In this document: piece after piece, positions 37,458 through 46,458 of the stretch
How the letters are laid out: each line of letters opens with the position of its first letter
How positions within the stretch are numbered: the first letter of the stretch is position 1
Source: Clostridia bacterium
Lineage (GTDB): Bacteria; Bacillota; Clostridia; Christensenellales; UBA1242
Direction: 5' to 3'
DNA length: 64,000 nt
NCBI GenBank assembly: GCA_028709705.1
Contig: JAQVWL010000001.1
Span: 96,855-160,854 of the forward strand
Program-made: the position numbers and the translations under genes
The notes under the pieces: model-generated
Told to the model about the DNA's origin: nothing
Seen by the model: only the letters and a program-made list of their open reading frames with translations
Databases searched by the model: none

Positions 37458-37784
37458 ATGTACGATTTAGCAATAAGGTTTATGAGCGGGTTGATGTTTG
37501 TTGACACGGGGATTGAAGAAGGTGGAACTTGGGGTTGGGTTAACACTGTTGTTGCAGCAATCCAAGAGATACTTTGGCCTATTTTGATTGTTGTTGGCGC
37601 TGCAGGAATGCTTTATGCTGTTATAATCGGTGTTAATATGGCAAGAGCAGACTCAACAGAAAAAAAAGAAGAAGCCAAAAAAAGATTGATTAATGTTATT
37701 GTTGGTTTGGCAATTATTATTGCACTTATTCTATTCTTCCAATTGTTTATATCTGCAATTTTACCAGCTTTCTTTGGACAATAG
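37458..37784 (+). CDS. 108-aa two-TM membrane protein with VirB2/TrbC pilin-like topology (tentative)
   Basis: GGAGGG lies 9 nt before ATG 37458. Hydrophobic helices ILWPILIVVGAAGMLYAVIIGV and LINVIVGLAIIIALILFFQLFISAIL are separated by the charged loop ARADSTEKKEEAKKR. Divergent from the T4CP gene. The function call rests on size, topology and context only. Confidence 0.35.
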   Translation: MYDLAIRFMSGLMFVDTGIEEGGTWGWVNTVVAAIQEILWPILIVVGAAGMLYAVIIGVNMARADSTEKKEEAKKRLINVIVGLAIIIALILFFQLFISAILPAFFGQ

Positions 37785-37801
37785 AAAATTTTAAATAAAC
37801 C

Positions 37802-37850
37802 AAAAAACTTTTTGTTGCAAATTTTGCAACAAAGGTTTTTTTTATTTTTT
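37802..37850 (+). terminator. rho-independent terminator
   Basis: TTTGTTGC (37811-18) pairs with GCAACAAA (37826-33), then a long T-run. Confidence 0.75.
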
Positions 37851-37866
37851 TTAAAACAATAAGTCC

Positions 37867-37895
37867 TTGCTAAATTATTAAGCAAGTGTTATAAT
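37867..37895 (+). promoter_or_regulatory. extended -10 promoter of nth-obg
   Basis: TTGCTA (37867-72), 17-nt spacer, TGtTATAAT (-10 at 37890-95). The predicted start site falls at or next to the GTG start codon. Confidence 0.55.
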
Positions 37896-37902
37896 TGAAA
37901 AT

Positions 37903-38532
37903 GTGGAAAAAATAAAAGAATATTTCAACAAATTGTTTGAAAATCCTGTTTGCGAATTGAATTTTAAAAATAACTTTGAACTGCTTATTTCCGTTATTTT
38001 ATCCGCACAATGCACCGATAAAAGAGTTAACAAAACAACCAAAAATTTGTTTAAAAAGTATAAAACTCCGCAAGATTTTGCAAAACTAAAACAAGAAGAT
38101 TTAGAAAAAGAAATTTTTTCTTGCGGTTTTTACAAAAACAAGGCAAAAAACATTGTCAAAGCAAGTCAAAGCATTGTAAGCGATTTTGGTGGAACAGTTC
38201 CAAGTGGTTACGATAACCTTATCAAACTTGCAGGCGTTGGCAGAAAAACGGCAAATGTTATGTTGTCAGTTGGTTTTGGTGATGATGCAATAGCGGTTGA
38301 CACACACGTTTTGCGAGTTTCAAATAGGCTTGGTCTTGCAAAAACAAAAGACCCAACAAAATGCGAAATTTCTTTGCAAAAAAATTTTGAAAAAAAAGAT
38401 TGGAGCAAACTACACTATCAAATGGTTTTGTTTGGCAGATATTATTGCAAAGCCAGAAATCCAAAGTGCGAAGAGTGCGAACTAAAAAATCAATGCAATT
38501 ATTATAAAGAAAGGAAAAAATTATGTTTATAG
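37903..38532 (+). CDS. nth: endonuclease III
   Basis: ELNFKNNFELLISVILSAQCTDKRVN, the HhH-GPD region LIKLAGVGRKTANV and the C-terminal 4Fe-4S cluster C..ARNPKCEECELKNQC. Confidence 0.9.
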   Translation: MEKIKEYFNKLFENPVCELNFKNNFELLISVILSAQCTDKRVNKTTKNLFKKYKTPQDFAKLKQEDLEKEIFSCGFYKNKAKNIVKASQSIVSDFGGTVPSGYDNLIKLAGVGRKTANVMLSVGFGDDAIAVDTHVLRVSNRLGLAKTKDPTKCEISLQKNFEKKDWSKLHYQMVLFGRYYCKARNPKCEECELKNQCNYYKERKKLCL

Positions 38533-39827
38533 ACAAAGCAAAAATAACAATTAAGGCGGGCGATGGTGGCAAGGGTGCGGTTTCGTTTTTGCGAAACAAG
38601 CAAACTGCAAATGGCGGGCCAGATGGCGGTGATGGTGGCAAAGGTGGCGACATTATTTTTCGTGCATCAAACAGTCTAAACACGCTTTATGGATTCAAAT
38701 TTAAAAAGAAATTTGTTGCCGAAAATGGCAGTGATGGCGGAAAAACTCGAAAAACTGGCAGTGATGGAAGAGATGTAATTATTGAAGTTCCTTGCGGAAC
38801 TATACTTTATGATGGCGAAACCAACAAAGTTTTTGCAGATTTGCAAAATGATGGCGACCTTTTTACTGCTCTTAAAGGCGGATTGGGTGGAAAGGGCAAC
38901 GAATTTTATAAAACTTCAACAAGGCAATCTCCACGATTTTCTCAAAGTGGCGAAGTGGCAAAAGAACGGGAAGTTATTTTGGAACTAAAAACCCTTGCAG
39001 ATGTTGGACTTGTGGGTTATCCAAATGTTGGCAAAAGCACGCTTTTGTCTGTTATTTCAAACGCAAGACCCAAAATTGCAAACTATGCTTTTACAACTTT
39101 AACCCCAAATTTGGGAGTTGTGCAATACCACGACAACAGTTTTGTTGTTGCCGATATTCCAGGGCTTATTGAAGGTGCAAGTGAGGGTGTTGGGCTTGGG
39201 CATTATTTTTTGAAGCATATTGAAAGGGTGCGTCTGATTTTACATTTGATAGATATTTCTGAAAGCGAAGGAAGAAATGCGGTTGAAGATTTTAAAATTA
39301 TTAACAAGGAACTTGCACATTATAGCGAAAAACTTTCTCAACTTAATCAAATAATAATTTTAACCAAATGCGATTTGGTGGAAGAAAAAGAATTAACTGA
39401 AAAAATTGATAATTTTACAAAAGAAATCAAAAAAATAAAAAGTCAATATTTTTGTTTTAAAACCAATTTTGACATTTTGCCAATATCTTCAATTTCAAAC
39501 AAAAATTTAGAAAAATTGAAAGATTTGGTTTGGACATATTTGGAAAAAACACCAAAGCAACAAGCGGTTATTATTGAAGAAACAGAATTTGACAAAAGAG
39601 ATAAAACAAGCATTGAAATAACAAGGAATGATGATGGAAGTTTTGTCGTTAGTGGCGGTTATGTTGACCAACTTATTCGGGGTATTGTTCTTTCTGATTA
39701 CAACAGTTTTGCATATTTTCAACTTCGTTTAAAACGGGACGGAATTATTGATAAATTGAAAGAAAAAGGACTAAAAGAGGGCGACACGGTCAAAATCAAA
39801 GATATTTCTTTTGAATATGTTGAATAA
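38523..39827 (+). CDS. obg: GTPase Obg/CgtA
   Basis: MFIDKAKITIKAGDGGKGAVSF, glycine-rich Obg fold, G1 GYPNVGKST, G3 DIPGLIEGA, NKCD-like TKCD and a C-terminal OCT-type domain. Confidence 0.95.
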   Translation: MFIDKAKITIKAGDGGKGAVSFLRNKQTANGGPDGGDGGKGGDIIFRASNSLNTLYGFKFKKKFVAENGSDGGKTRKTGSDGRDVIIEVPCGTILYDGETNKVFADLQNDGDLFTALKGGLGGKGNEFYKTSTRQSPRFSQSGEVAKEREVILELKTLADVGLVGYPNVGKSTLLSVISNARPKIANYAFTTLTPNLGVVQYHDNSFVVADIPGLIEGASEGVGLGHYFLKHIERVRLILHLIDISESEGRNAVEDFKIINKELAHYSEKLSQLNQIIILTKCDLVEEKELTEKIDNFTKEIKKIKSQYFCFKTNFDILPISSISNKNLEKLKDLVWTYLEKTPKQQAVIIEETEFDKRDKTSIEITRNDDGSFVVSGGYVDQLIRGIVLSDYNSFAYFQLRLKRDGIIDKLKEKGLKEGDTVKIKDISFEYVE

Positions 39828-39832
39828 AACTT

Positions 39833-40798
39833 TTAGGTAAATATCAAAAGTAAAATAGCACACACACAAACCGAAAATAAAGTGTGTGTTATTTTTTGTT
39901 TCAAAAAAAATCCCATTCTCATTCCAATTTTTTGCAAAAATGCAAACGCTTGGAGCATTGTCGCAACCCCGCCAAACGTGATAATACCACAACAAAGCAG
40001 GGTGCTAGCAAAAGTGTTTTCAACAACATAACAAACATCTAAACAGCCGTGCGTGATTTCCCAAATACCATTCATAACCGACAAAAAAACATTGCTATCA
40101 ATATTTGTTATTTGTCCCAAAAACATTGCAATAGGTTGGAACAAACAAAGGTTATTAAAAATTTCTATAACAACAAAAAAAATGCAAACAAACCCGCCTA
40201 TTACCAAAATAGAAACAACCGAATCCCACATGGACTCGCCAAGCGAAATTTTTTTTTGTGAAAAGTTTTTGTCAATATTTTCAATTTTTATATCAACTTC
40301 TTTGTGATTTCTATACAAAATACCATTCAAAATTGCTCCAATAATATGAGAAAAAAGCAAAACAAGCCCCAAAGTTCTGGAAAAAAGCATACCAATTCCA
40401 ACAGAACCATAAATAAACATAGGTCCAGAATTTGAAGTAAAAGTGCAAATTTTAAACGCATCTTGCTTGCTTATAAGGTTACTCGAAAACAAATCACTTA
40501 CAATTTTTGCTCCAACGGGATAACCCGACATTATGCTTATCATAAAAGCATAAGCACTTATTGGCGGAGTTTTAAAAATTTTTTTTGTAAAAGAAAAGTT
40601 TTTTGCAATAGAGTTTAGAACTCCTAAATCTGTCAAAATTTTGGTAAAAAACAAAAACGGAAATATTGTTGGAAGCAAAACACTTGCCCAAACCAAAACA
40701 CCATTAGAAAATGCCTGCACATAAATAACAGGCGAAATTACCAACGCAACAATAATCAACAAAATCAAAATTGATGTAAAATAATATGTTTTTTTCAT
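39833..40798 (-). CDS. ylbJ: sporulation integral membrane protein YlbJ (nucleoside-recognition domain family)
   Basis: 321 aa, polytopic. N-terminal region SNGVLVWASVLLPTIFPFLFFTKIL is typical of YlbJ/SpmA-like proteins. Confidence 0.65.
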   Translation of the reverse strand: MKKTYYFTSILILLIIVALVISPVIYVQAFSNGVLVWASVLLPTIFPFLFFTKILTDLGVLNSIAKNFSFTKKIFKTPPISAYAFMISIMSGYPVGAKIVSDLFSSNLISKQDAFKICTFTSNSGPMFIYGSVGIGMLFSRTLGLVLLFSHIIGAILNGILYRNHKEVDIKIENIDKNFSQKKISLGESMWDSVVSILVIGGFVCIFFVVIEIFNNLCLFQPIAMFLGQITNIDSNVFLSVMNGIWEITHGCLDVCYVVENTFASTLLCCGIITFGGVATMLQAFAFLQKIGMRMGFFLKQKITHTLFSVCVCAILLLIFT

Positions 40799-40842
40799 TA
40801 AAACTTGACAATATAAGATATAAGGAATATAATCAAAATATT

Positions 40843-41835
40843 ATGAATTTAAAGAAACAAATTTTCAGTATGGCAAAACAAGATGTCAAAAAAATAGTTT
40901 TTCCAGAAGCAAGTTCCAGTGATAAAACAATAGAAGCGGTTCGTTATGTTGTAAGAAAGGGCATAGCGAAAGCGATTTTGATAGGTGATGAAAGTGCCTT
41001 ATATTTGCGTTATAGCAGTTTAGAAAGTGAAAACTTGCAAATCATAAACCCCAAAACAAGCGACCTTAAAAACGATTTTGCAAAAGAAATTTTTGAGTTA
41101 AGAAAAGAAAAGGGAATGACAAAACAACAAGCAGAAGAACTTGCCCAAGACCCTATTTATTTTTCTACTATGCTTGTCAAAAATGGTTATGCAGATGCAA
41201 TGGTATCAGGTGCAGAAAGCAACAGTGCTGACACTTTCAAAGCACCTTTGCAACTTATAAAAGGAAAAGAAAAAGACAGCCTAATCTCTTCAATAATGTT
41301 GTATATGGGCAAAAACCACGCACTTAAAAACAAACCAATTCTTATATCAGATTGTGCATTGGTGGAAAATCCAACAGCAGAAGGCTTGGTGGAAATTGCA
41401 AAAAATTGCGTAGATTTTTGGAAAATGCTTTTTATTGAAGAACCTAAAGTTGCATTTTTGTCTTATTCCACAAATGGCAGTGCAAAAGGCGACAGCATTG
41501 ACAAAGTAAGAAAAGGAGCAGAACTTTTCAAAAAAACTTATCCTTATGTTATTGCTGACGGCGAAATGCAACTTGATTGTGCAATTATGCCAACAAGTCA
41601 AAGCAAAAAAAATCCCGACTGTAAAATAAAAGGTGACGCAAATATTTTTATTGTGCCAGACATAAATTCGGGCAATTTGCTTGGCAAATCTATTCATCAC
41701 ATTGCTGGTTTGACAGGTGTTGGACCAATAACACAAGGTTTTAAACGCCCAATCAGTGATATGACACGAAACAGCACAATAGAAGAAATTGTTTTGCTTA
41801 TAGCAATTACAGCAATTCAAGCACAACTTGATTAA
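40843..41835 (+). CDS. pta: phosphate acetyltransferase
   Basis: KKIVFPEASSSDKTIEA, ADAMVSGAESNSADT and SDCALVENPTAE motifs. About 330 aa, the short Pta form. Start chosen at ATG 40843; ATG 40870 is also possible. Confidence 0.85.
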   Translation: MNLKKQIFSMAKQDVKKIVFPEASSSDKTIEAVRYVVRKGIAKAILIGDESALYLRYSSLESENLQIINPKTSDLKNDFAKEIFELRKEKGMTKQQAEELAQDPIYFSTMLVKNGYADAMVSGAESNSADTFKAPLQLIKGKEKDSLISSIMLYMGKNHALKNKPILISDCALVENPTAEGLVEIAKNCVDFWKMLFIEEPKVAFLSYSTNGSAKGDSIDKVRKGAELFKKTYPYVIADGEMQLDCAIMPTSQSKKNPDCKIKGDANIFIVPDINSGNLLGKSIHHIAGLTGVGPITQGFKRPISDMTRNSTIEEIVLLIAITAIQAQLD

Positions 41836-41922
41836 AAATTGAAAAAATATCTTGACAATACAATTCAATGTGTCTATACTAGCATAGTATTAGAAGCAGA
41901 AAAACATTAGGAGGAGTTAAAA

Positions 41923-42126
41923 ATGGCAGTTCCAAAGGAGAAGGTTTCCAAAGCCAGAAGAAATAAACGAAATTCAGCAAATTTCAAGGCATCAGCACCA
42001 ACATTGGTTGAATGTCCAAATTGCAAAGAACTAAAACAACCACACAAAGTTTGTATGAAATGTGGCTTTTACAAAGGCAAAAAAATTATAGAAACTGAAA
42101 AAAAGAAAAAAGAAGAACAACAATAA
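41923..42126 (+). CDS. rpmF: 50S ribosomal protein L32
   Basis: MAVPKEKVSKARRNKRNS..., zinc-ribbon form (CPNC...CMKC) and a short K/E-rich tail. AGGAGG RBS. Confidence 0.9.
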   Translation: MAVPKEKVSKARRNKRNSANFKASAPTLVECPNCKELKQPHKVCMKCGFYKGKKIIETEKKKKEEQQ

Positions 42127-42152
42127 AAAGGTAATAAATACCTTTTTTTTTA
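42125..42152 (+). terminator. rho-independent terminator after rpmF
   Basis: AGGTA-ataaa-TACCT followed by T9. Confidence 0.65.
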
Positions 42153-42228
42153 TTTAAAAATTACTATCAAATTTGTTTGCTATTTTTTGTCGCTTTTGGT
42201 AAACTAATCAAATGATTTAGGAGAAAAA

Positions 42229-44334
42229 ATGAGCAAAATAGAAGCAATAAAAAAAATGATGTACGCAAAATCAATAGCAGTGATAGGTGCAAGCAACAAA
42301 AAAGGCAGTGTTGGCAACGAACTTATGCAAAGACTTATTGATTTTGGTTATAAGGGCAAAATTTACCCCATAAATTTAAACGATAAGGAAATTGAAGGTA
42401 TTCCCGCATTCAAAAATATTAGCGAAATAAAAGCAGAAGTGGATATGGCAGTTTTGGCTGTGCCAAGCAAAGCAATTTTGGGCGTTATTGATGAATGCCA
42501 CTCTGCAAATATAAGCAATATTATTATAATTTCAGCAGGTTTTAAAGAAATTGGTGGCGAAGGCGTTGTTCTGGAAAATGAAGTTGTAAAGAAAATTTGC
42601 AAATATAAAATGAATATGATAGGTCCAAATTGTTTGGGTATTATAAATTCAAAAACAAAAATGAACGCATCTTTCAATCCAACAAATCCAAATGATGGAA
42701 AAATTGGCTTTGCAACACAATCAGGTGCGATTGCAAGTGGAATAATAAATTTATTGCACAAAAAATCTTTTGGTTTTAGACAAGTTGTAAGTCTTGGCAA
42801 CCAAGCGGACATTGACTTTTTGGATATTATAGAATTTTGGGAAAAAGACGCAGGCGTTGAAATAATAATGCTTTATATTGAAAGCATTCCAAACAGCGAA
42901 AGATTTAGGGAAATTTGCACAAGAGTTAGCAAAGTCAAACCAATAATTTTGCTAAAATCTGGCAGAAGCGAAATGGGTGGAAGAGCGATAGCAAGCCATA
43001 CAGGTTCCCTTGCCGGCGATGATATATCAGTTGATGCTTTGCTAAAAAGTAGCGGTGTGACAAGAGAACTATATTTGCGAGATTTTATAAACACAGCGCA
43101 AATTTTTAACAACTGCAAAATGCCAAATGGCGAAAAATTGGCAATCTTGACAAATGCGGGCGGACCGGGCATTATTTCTGTTGACACAGCAAACGATTAT
43201 GGTATTCAACTTGCAAAATTGACAGAAAACACTATGACAAAGTTAAAGGCAATTTTGCCACCACAAGCAAGTGCAAAAAATCCAGTTGACATAATTGCAA
43301 GTGCTTCACTTGAACAATACACAAATTCGGCAGAAATTTTGTTGAAATCAAAAGAAGTTGATATTCTTTTGGTAATTTATTTGTATATAACTGTCAAAAA
43401 TGATGTAGCATTGATAGAAAATTTGGAAATATTAAAGAAAAAATACCCAAACAAAACCATTTTAACTGTTTTTGAAACTTCAAAAGAATTTTATCAAAAA
43501 TTTGCAGAAATGAACTCAACAATTCCTGTTTATAACTACACGGTTGACGCAATAAGTTCTTTGAAAAGAATGATAGACAGAAAAAAGTTTTTGGAAAAAG
43601 GAACACAAAGCCCAACAAGATTTGATGTTGACAAGAAAAAAGTTGAAGCAATAATTGCCGAAACAAAACAAAACAATGTCAAAACTTTGTCTACTTTTCA
43701 AAGTCTTGAAGTGTTTAATGCTTACAAAATCCCGCTTGCAAAATATAATTTGGCAAACAATTTTGAAGATGCAAAGACCATTGCAAACCAAATAGGTTAC
43801 CCTGTTGTTTTAAAAATTTCTAGCACAAAAATAACGCACAAAACAGATATTGGCGGAGTAATTACCAACATAAAAAATCAAAAAGAATTGCAATACAAGT
43901 GGCAAGAGTTGTTTGATAAATTAGAAAAAAACAATTTGACAAAAAGCATTAATGGCGTTGTTGTTATGCAACAAATTGATGGCACGCAAAGAGAGTTTGT
44001 TGCTGGCGTTGTAAAAAAAGAAAACATAGGCAACTTGGCAATGTTTGGAATGGGCGGAATTTTTATTGAAACCTTAAACGAAGTTGCTTTTAGACCTTGC
44101 CCTTTAAATTTGAATGATGCAGAAGAATTAATAACATCAACAAAAGCATACAAACTTATGGGCAACATAAGGGGATATGCAAAAGCAGACACCGAAAAAA
44201 TGAAAGAAATTTTACTCAAATTAAGTCAACTTGTTGAAGATTTTTTTGAAATTATTGAAATAGATGTCAACCCAATAATGATTGACAAAAGTGGCGAAAT
44301 TTTTGCAGTTGATGCAAGAATAATAATAAAATAA
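42229..44334 (+). CDS. ADP-forming acetyl-CoA synthetase / acetate--CoA ligase family protein (CoA-binding + ATP-grasp)
   Basis: 701 aa. N-terminal CoA-binding domain (SIAVIGASNKKGSVG), succinyl-CoA-ligase-like middle region (GPNCLGIIN, SQSGA) and a C-terminal ATP-grasp domain (GYPVVLKISS...HKTDIGGV). Confidence 0.8.
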   Translation: MSKIEAIKKMMYAKSIAVIGASNKKGSVGNELMQRLIDFGYKGKIYPINLNDKEIEGIPAFKNISEIKAEVDMAVLAVPSKAILGVIDECHSANISNIIIISAGFKEIGGEGVVLENEVVKKICKYKMNMIGPNCLGIINSKTKMNASFNPTNPNDGKIGFATQSGAIASGIINLLHKKSFGFRQVVSLGNQADIDFLDIIEFWEKDAGVEIIMLYIESIPNSERFREICTRVSKVKPIILLKSGRSEMGGRAIASHTGSLAGDDISVDALLKSSGVTRELYLRDFINTAQIFNNCKMPNGEKLAILTNAGGPGIISVDTANDYGIQLAKLTENTMTKLKAILPPQASAKNPVDIIASASLEQYTNSAEILLKSKEVDILLVIYLYITVKNDVALIENLEILKKKYPNKTILTVFETSKEFYQKFAEMNSTIPVYNYTVDAISSLKRMIDRKKFLEKGTQSPTRFDVDKKKVEAIIAETKQNNVKTLSTFQSLEVFNAYKIPLAKYNLANNFEDAKTIANQIGYPVVLKISSTKITHKTDIGGVITNIKNQKELQYKWQELFDKLEKNNLTKSINGVVVMQQIDGTQREFVAGVVKKENIGNLAMFGMGGIFIETLNEVAFRPCPLNLNDAEELITSTKAYKLMGNIRGYAKADTEKMKEILLKLSQLVEDFFEIIEIDVNPIMIDKSGEIFAVDARIIIK

Positions 44335-44338
44335 TAAA

Positions 44339-45400
44339 TTAATTACTATAATTATTAATATATTCAACAATAATTTTATTTGCACTTTTTGTGTTATATT
44401 TATTCATATTTTTTATATAAAAATCTTTATTTTTTAATACATTATTTATTTTATTTATTAACAAATCAATTTCCAAATCTTTTTCTTCAATAATTTGTGC
44501 ATAACCTTCTTTTTTAAAAACCATTGCATTTTCTATTTGGTCGCCTCTTGATTGTTTTTTGGACAAAGGTATCAGTAGCATAGGCTTTTTTATTGTCAAA
44601 AGTTCAAAAATTGAATTTGAACCTGCTCTGCAAATAACCAAATCGCAGTAGGCAAAAAAATCAAAAATATTATCTGCAAATTCAATTTGAAAATAATTAT
44701 CTTGTTTTATATTATTTATATTATTTTTTCCAACAATATGTATTAAATTAAAATCATTAAATTTATTTAAATTATCAAAAATAAATTGATTAATTATTTT
44801 TGAACCCAAACTTCCACCAAAAATTAAAATAATTGGCAAGTTTTCTTTAAAACCACAAATTTTTTTTGCAATATTTTTATTGCCTTTTAAAACCACATCA
44901 CGAATTGGACTGCCCGAATATATACATTTGTTGCCAACACAAGTATCCCTAAAACTTGTAAACATAAACCTACATTTTTTTAAAATAAGTTTGTTTGCAA
45001 GCCCCATAGAATAATCACTTTCGTGTGCCAAAATTGGAACGCCTAATTCTTTTCCCGCATATACCACTGGCAAAGAAACAAACCCGCCCTTTGCAAAAAT
45101 AACACTTGGGTTAATTTGCTTCAAAATTTTTTTGACTATATTTTTGTTTTTTATAAATTTAAAAGGTATAAGAAAATTTTTCAGGGTGAACTTTCTAACA
45201 AATTTTACCGCCGGTATTTCAACAAAAACTATATTTTCAAATTTTGAAATCAAGTTTTGTTCCATACTGTTTTTGTTGCCAAGATAAAAAATTTTGTATT
45301 GTTTGCTCAATTCAGGAATTAAAGCAATGTTGGGAATAATATGCCCGCCAGTGCCACCACCAGTCATAACCAATATTTTTTTTGTGTTGTTGTTTTCCAT
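44339..45400 (-). CDS. murG: undecaprenyldiphospho-muramoylpentapeptide beta-N-acetylglucosaminyltransferase
   Basis: VMTGGGTGGHIIPNIAL N-terminus, FGGSLGS and ICRAGSNSIFEL motifs. 353 aa. Confidence 0.85.
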   Translation of the reverse strand: MENNNTKKILVMTGGGTGGHIIPNIALIPELSKQYKIFYLGNKNSMEQNLISKFENIVFVEIPAVKFVRKFTLKNFLIPFKFIKNKNIVKKILKQINPSVIFAKGGFVSLPVVYAGKELGVPILAHESDYSMGLANKLILKKCRFMFTSFRDTCVGNKCIYSGSPIRDVVLKGNKNIAKKICGFKENLPIILIFGGSLGSKIINQFIFDNLNKFNDFNLIHIVGKNNINNIKQDNYFQIEFADNIFDFFAYCDLVICRAGSNSIFELLTIKKPMLLIPLSKKQSRGDQIENAMVFKKEGYAQIIEEKDLEIDLLINKINNVLKNKDFYIKNMNKYNTKSANKIIVEYINNYSN

Positions 45401-45475
45401 AATTTTATTATATAAAAACCAATAAATTTTATTACAAAATATATTTTATAACAAAAAACTTTGTCAAAAAAGATA

Positions 45476-46228
45476 TTAACCTTCAATAATGTCTTCTGTT
45501 TTCAATTTTTTTGCTTTTTCAACTTTCACTTTTTGTTCTTTGATTATTGGCTTTGTGATTTTTTGAACATAATCAAATCTCGTGTCTTTTTTGGGGAAAA
45601 TATCTTTACAATATTTTTCAAGTATAACCAAAAAGTCTTTAAAATCTTTCAAAAAAGTTTTTTGAGTTGTCAAAACAACACTAAGTTCCTTGTTTTCTCG
45701 CTTTCTTTTTGTAATCAAATTTTTATAAATCAAATTACCAAATTCCAAACCGCACTTAAAGCCATTACCCTTAAACGCTTTATAAACGTTTGCCTGAATG
45801 TCTATAACATATTTGGGAACAAGAGTTTTTATAACAAATTCAAAATCAATAGAAAATTGTGTGGAAAATAAAGAAGTAATGCCATTAATCAAATAAAAAG
45901 CGTGATTTTTGGGTACATCTCTGGCTTCCACCTTGTAAGAAAAAATTTCATTTTGCCTTAATTTAGAAACATTTGGCAAAAAATTTAGTTTTTCGATTTT
46001 AAAAAAATAATCTCCGTTTTCTTGCGTTTTATAAAGCAAAATGCCAGCCTTGGTAAGCAAATTTTCAGGTGTGTCATAATACACTACTGAATATTTTTTC
46101 TTTCCTTCATATTCAAATTTGTCTATATTCAATTTTTTAAATGAAGATAAAATTTTTTGCTCTGCATTATCAGTCAAAATATCATAAATTGCCACATCTT
46201 CTTGTTTGGAATTTGTAATTGTTGCCAT
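45476..46228 (-). CDS. hypothetical protein, possible CYTH-like domain
   Basis: Start set at ATG 46228 (AGGGG RBS). VVYYDTPENLLTKAGILLYKTQENGDYFFKIEKL resembles the CYTH yfDTpd..L...g.aLRiR...lTlK segment, but I could not locate an ExExK motif. Confidence 0.35.
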   Translation of the reverse strand: MATITNSKQEDVAIYDILTDNAEQKILSSFKKLNIDKFEYEGKKKYSVVYYDTPENLLTKAGILLYKTQENGDYFFKIEKLNFLPNVSKLRQNEIFSYKVEARDVPKNHAFYLINGITSLFSTQFSIDFEFVIKTLVPKYVIDIQANVYKAFKGNGFKCGLEFGNLIYKNLITKRKRENKELSVVLTTQKTFLKDFKDFLVILEKYCKDIFPKKDTRFDYVQKITKPIIKEQKVKVEKAKKLKTEDIIEG

Positions 46229-46458
46229 TTTTACCCCTATTTTAAATTTTATATAATTAAGTTTAATAAAACAAACAAAAAAATGCAACTAAAACAAAGT
46301 TTTTTAGAAAAAATTTATTGCTTTATTGAAATATATGTGTTATATTAAAAAAGTCATTCATTGACGAAATTAACACCCGCAAAAAATCACATTGCCTTGC
46401 CTATATGGCCTAAATGTTGAGTTATAAAATTGCGGGGAAGACTAAAAAAGGAGGAAAT

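Noticed and set aside
10731-37850. Annotating the block as a prophage or an intact integrative conjugative element.
   Set aside because: No integrase, recombinase, relaxase, VirB4, VirB6, replication or phage structural genes are present. There are no att-like direct repeats and no flanking tRNA. Only the coupling protein and a pilin-like protein hint at conjugation.
38258-38683. 141-aa minus-strand ORF with a proline-rich stretch (PPLPPSPPSGPP).
   Set aside because: It is antisense to the glycine-rich N-terminal domain of obg and to the end of nth. GGN codons read in reverse give CCN proline codons, which is a classic shadow ORF.
45461-45871. 136-aa plus-strand ORF rich in Phe, overlapping the minus-strand gene 45476..46228.
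   Set aside because: Low-complexity F/N/K composition typical of an antisense frame in AT-rich coding DNA, with no RBS. The minus-strand frame has an RBS and a conserved-looking domain segment.
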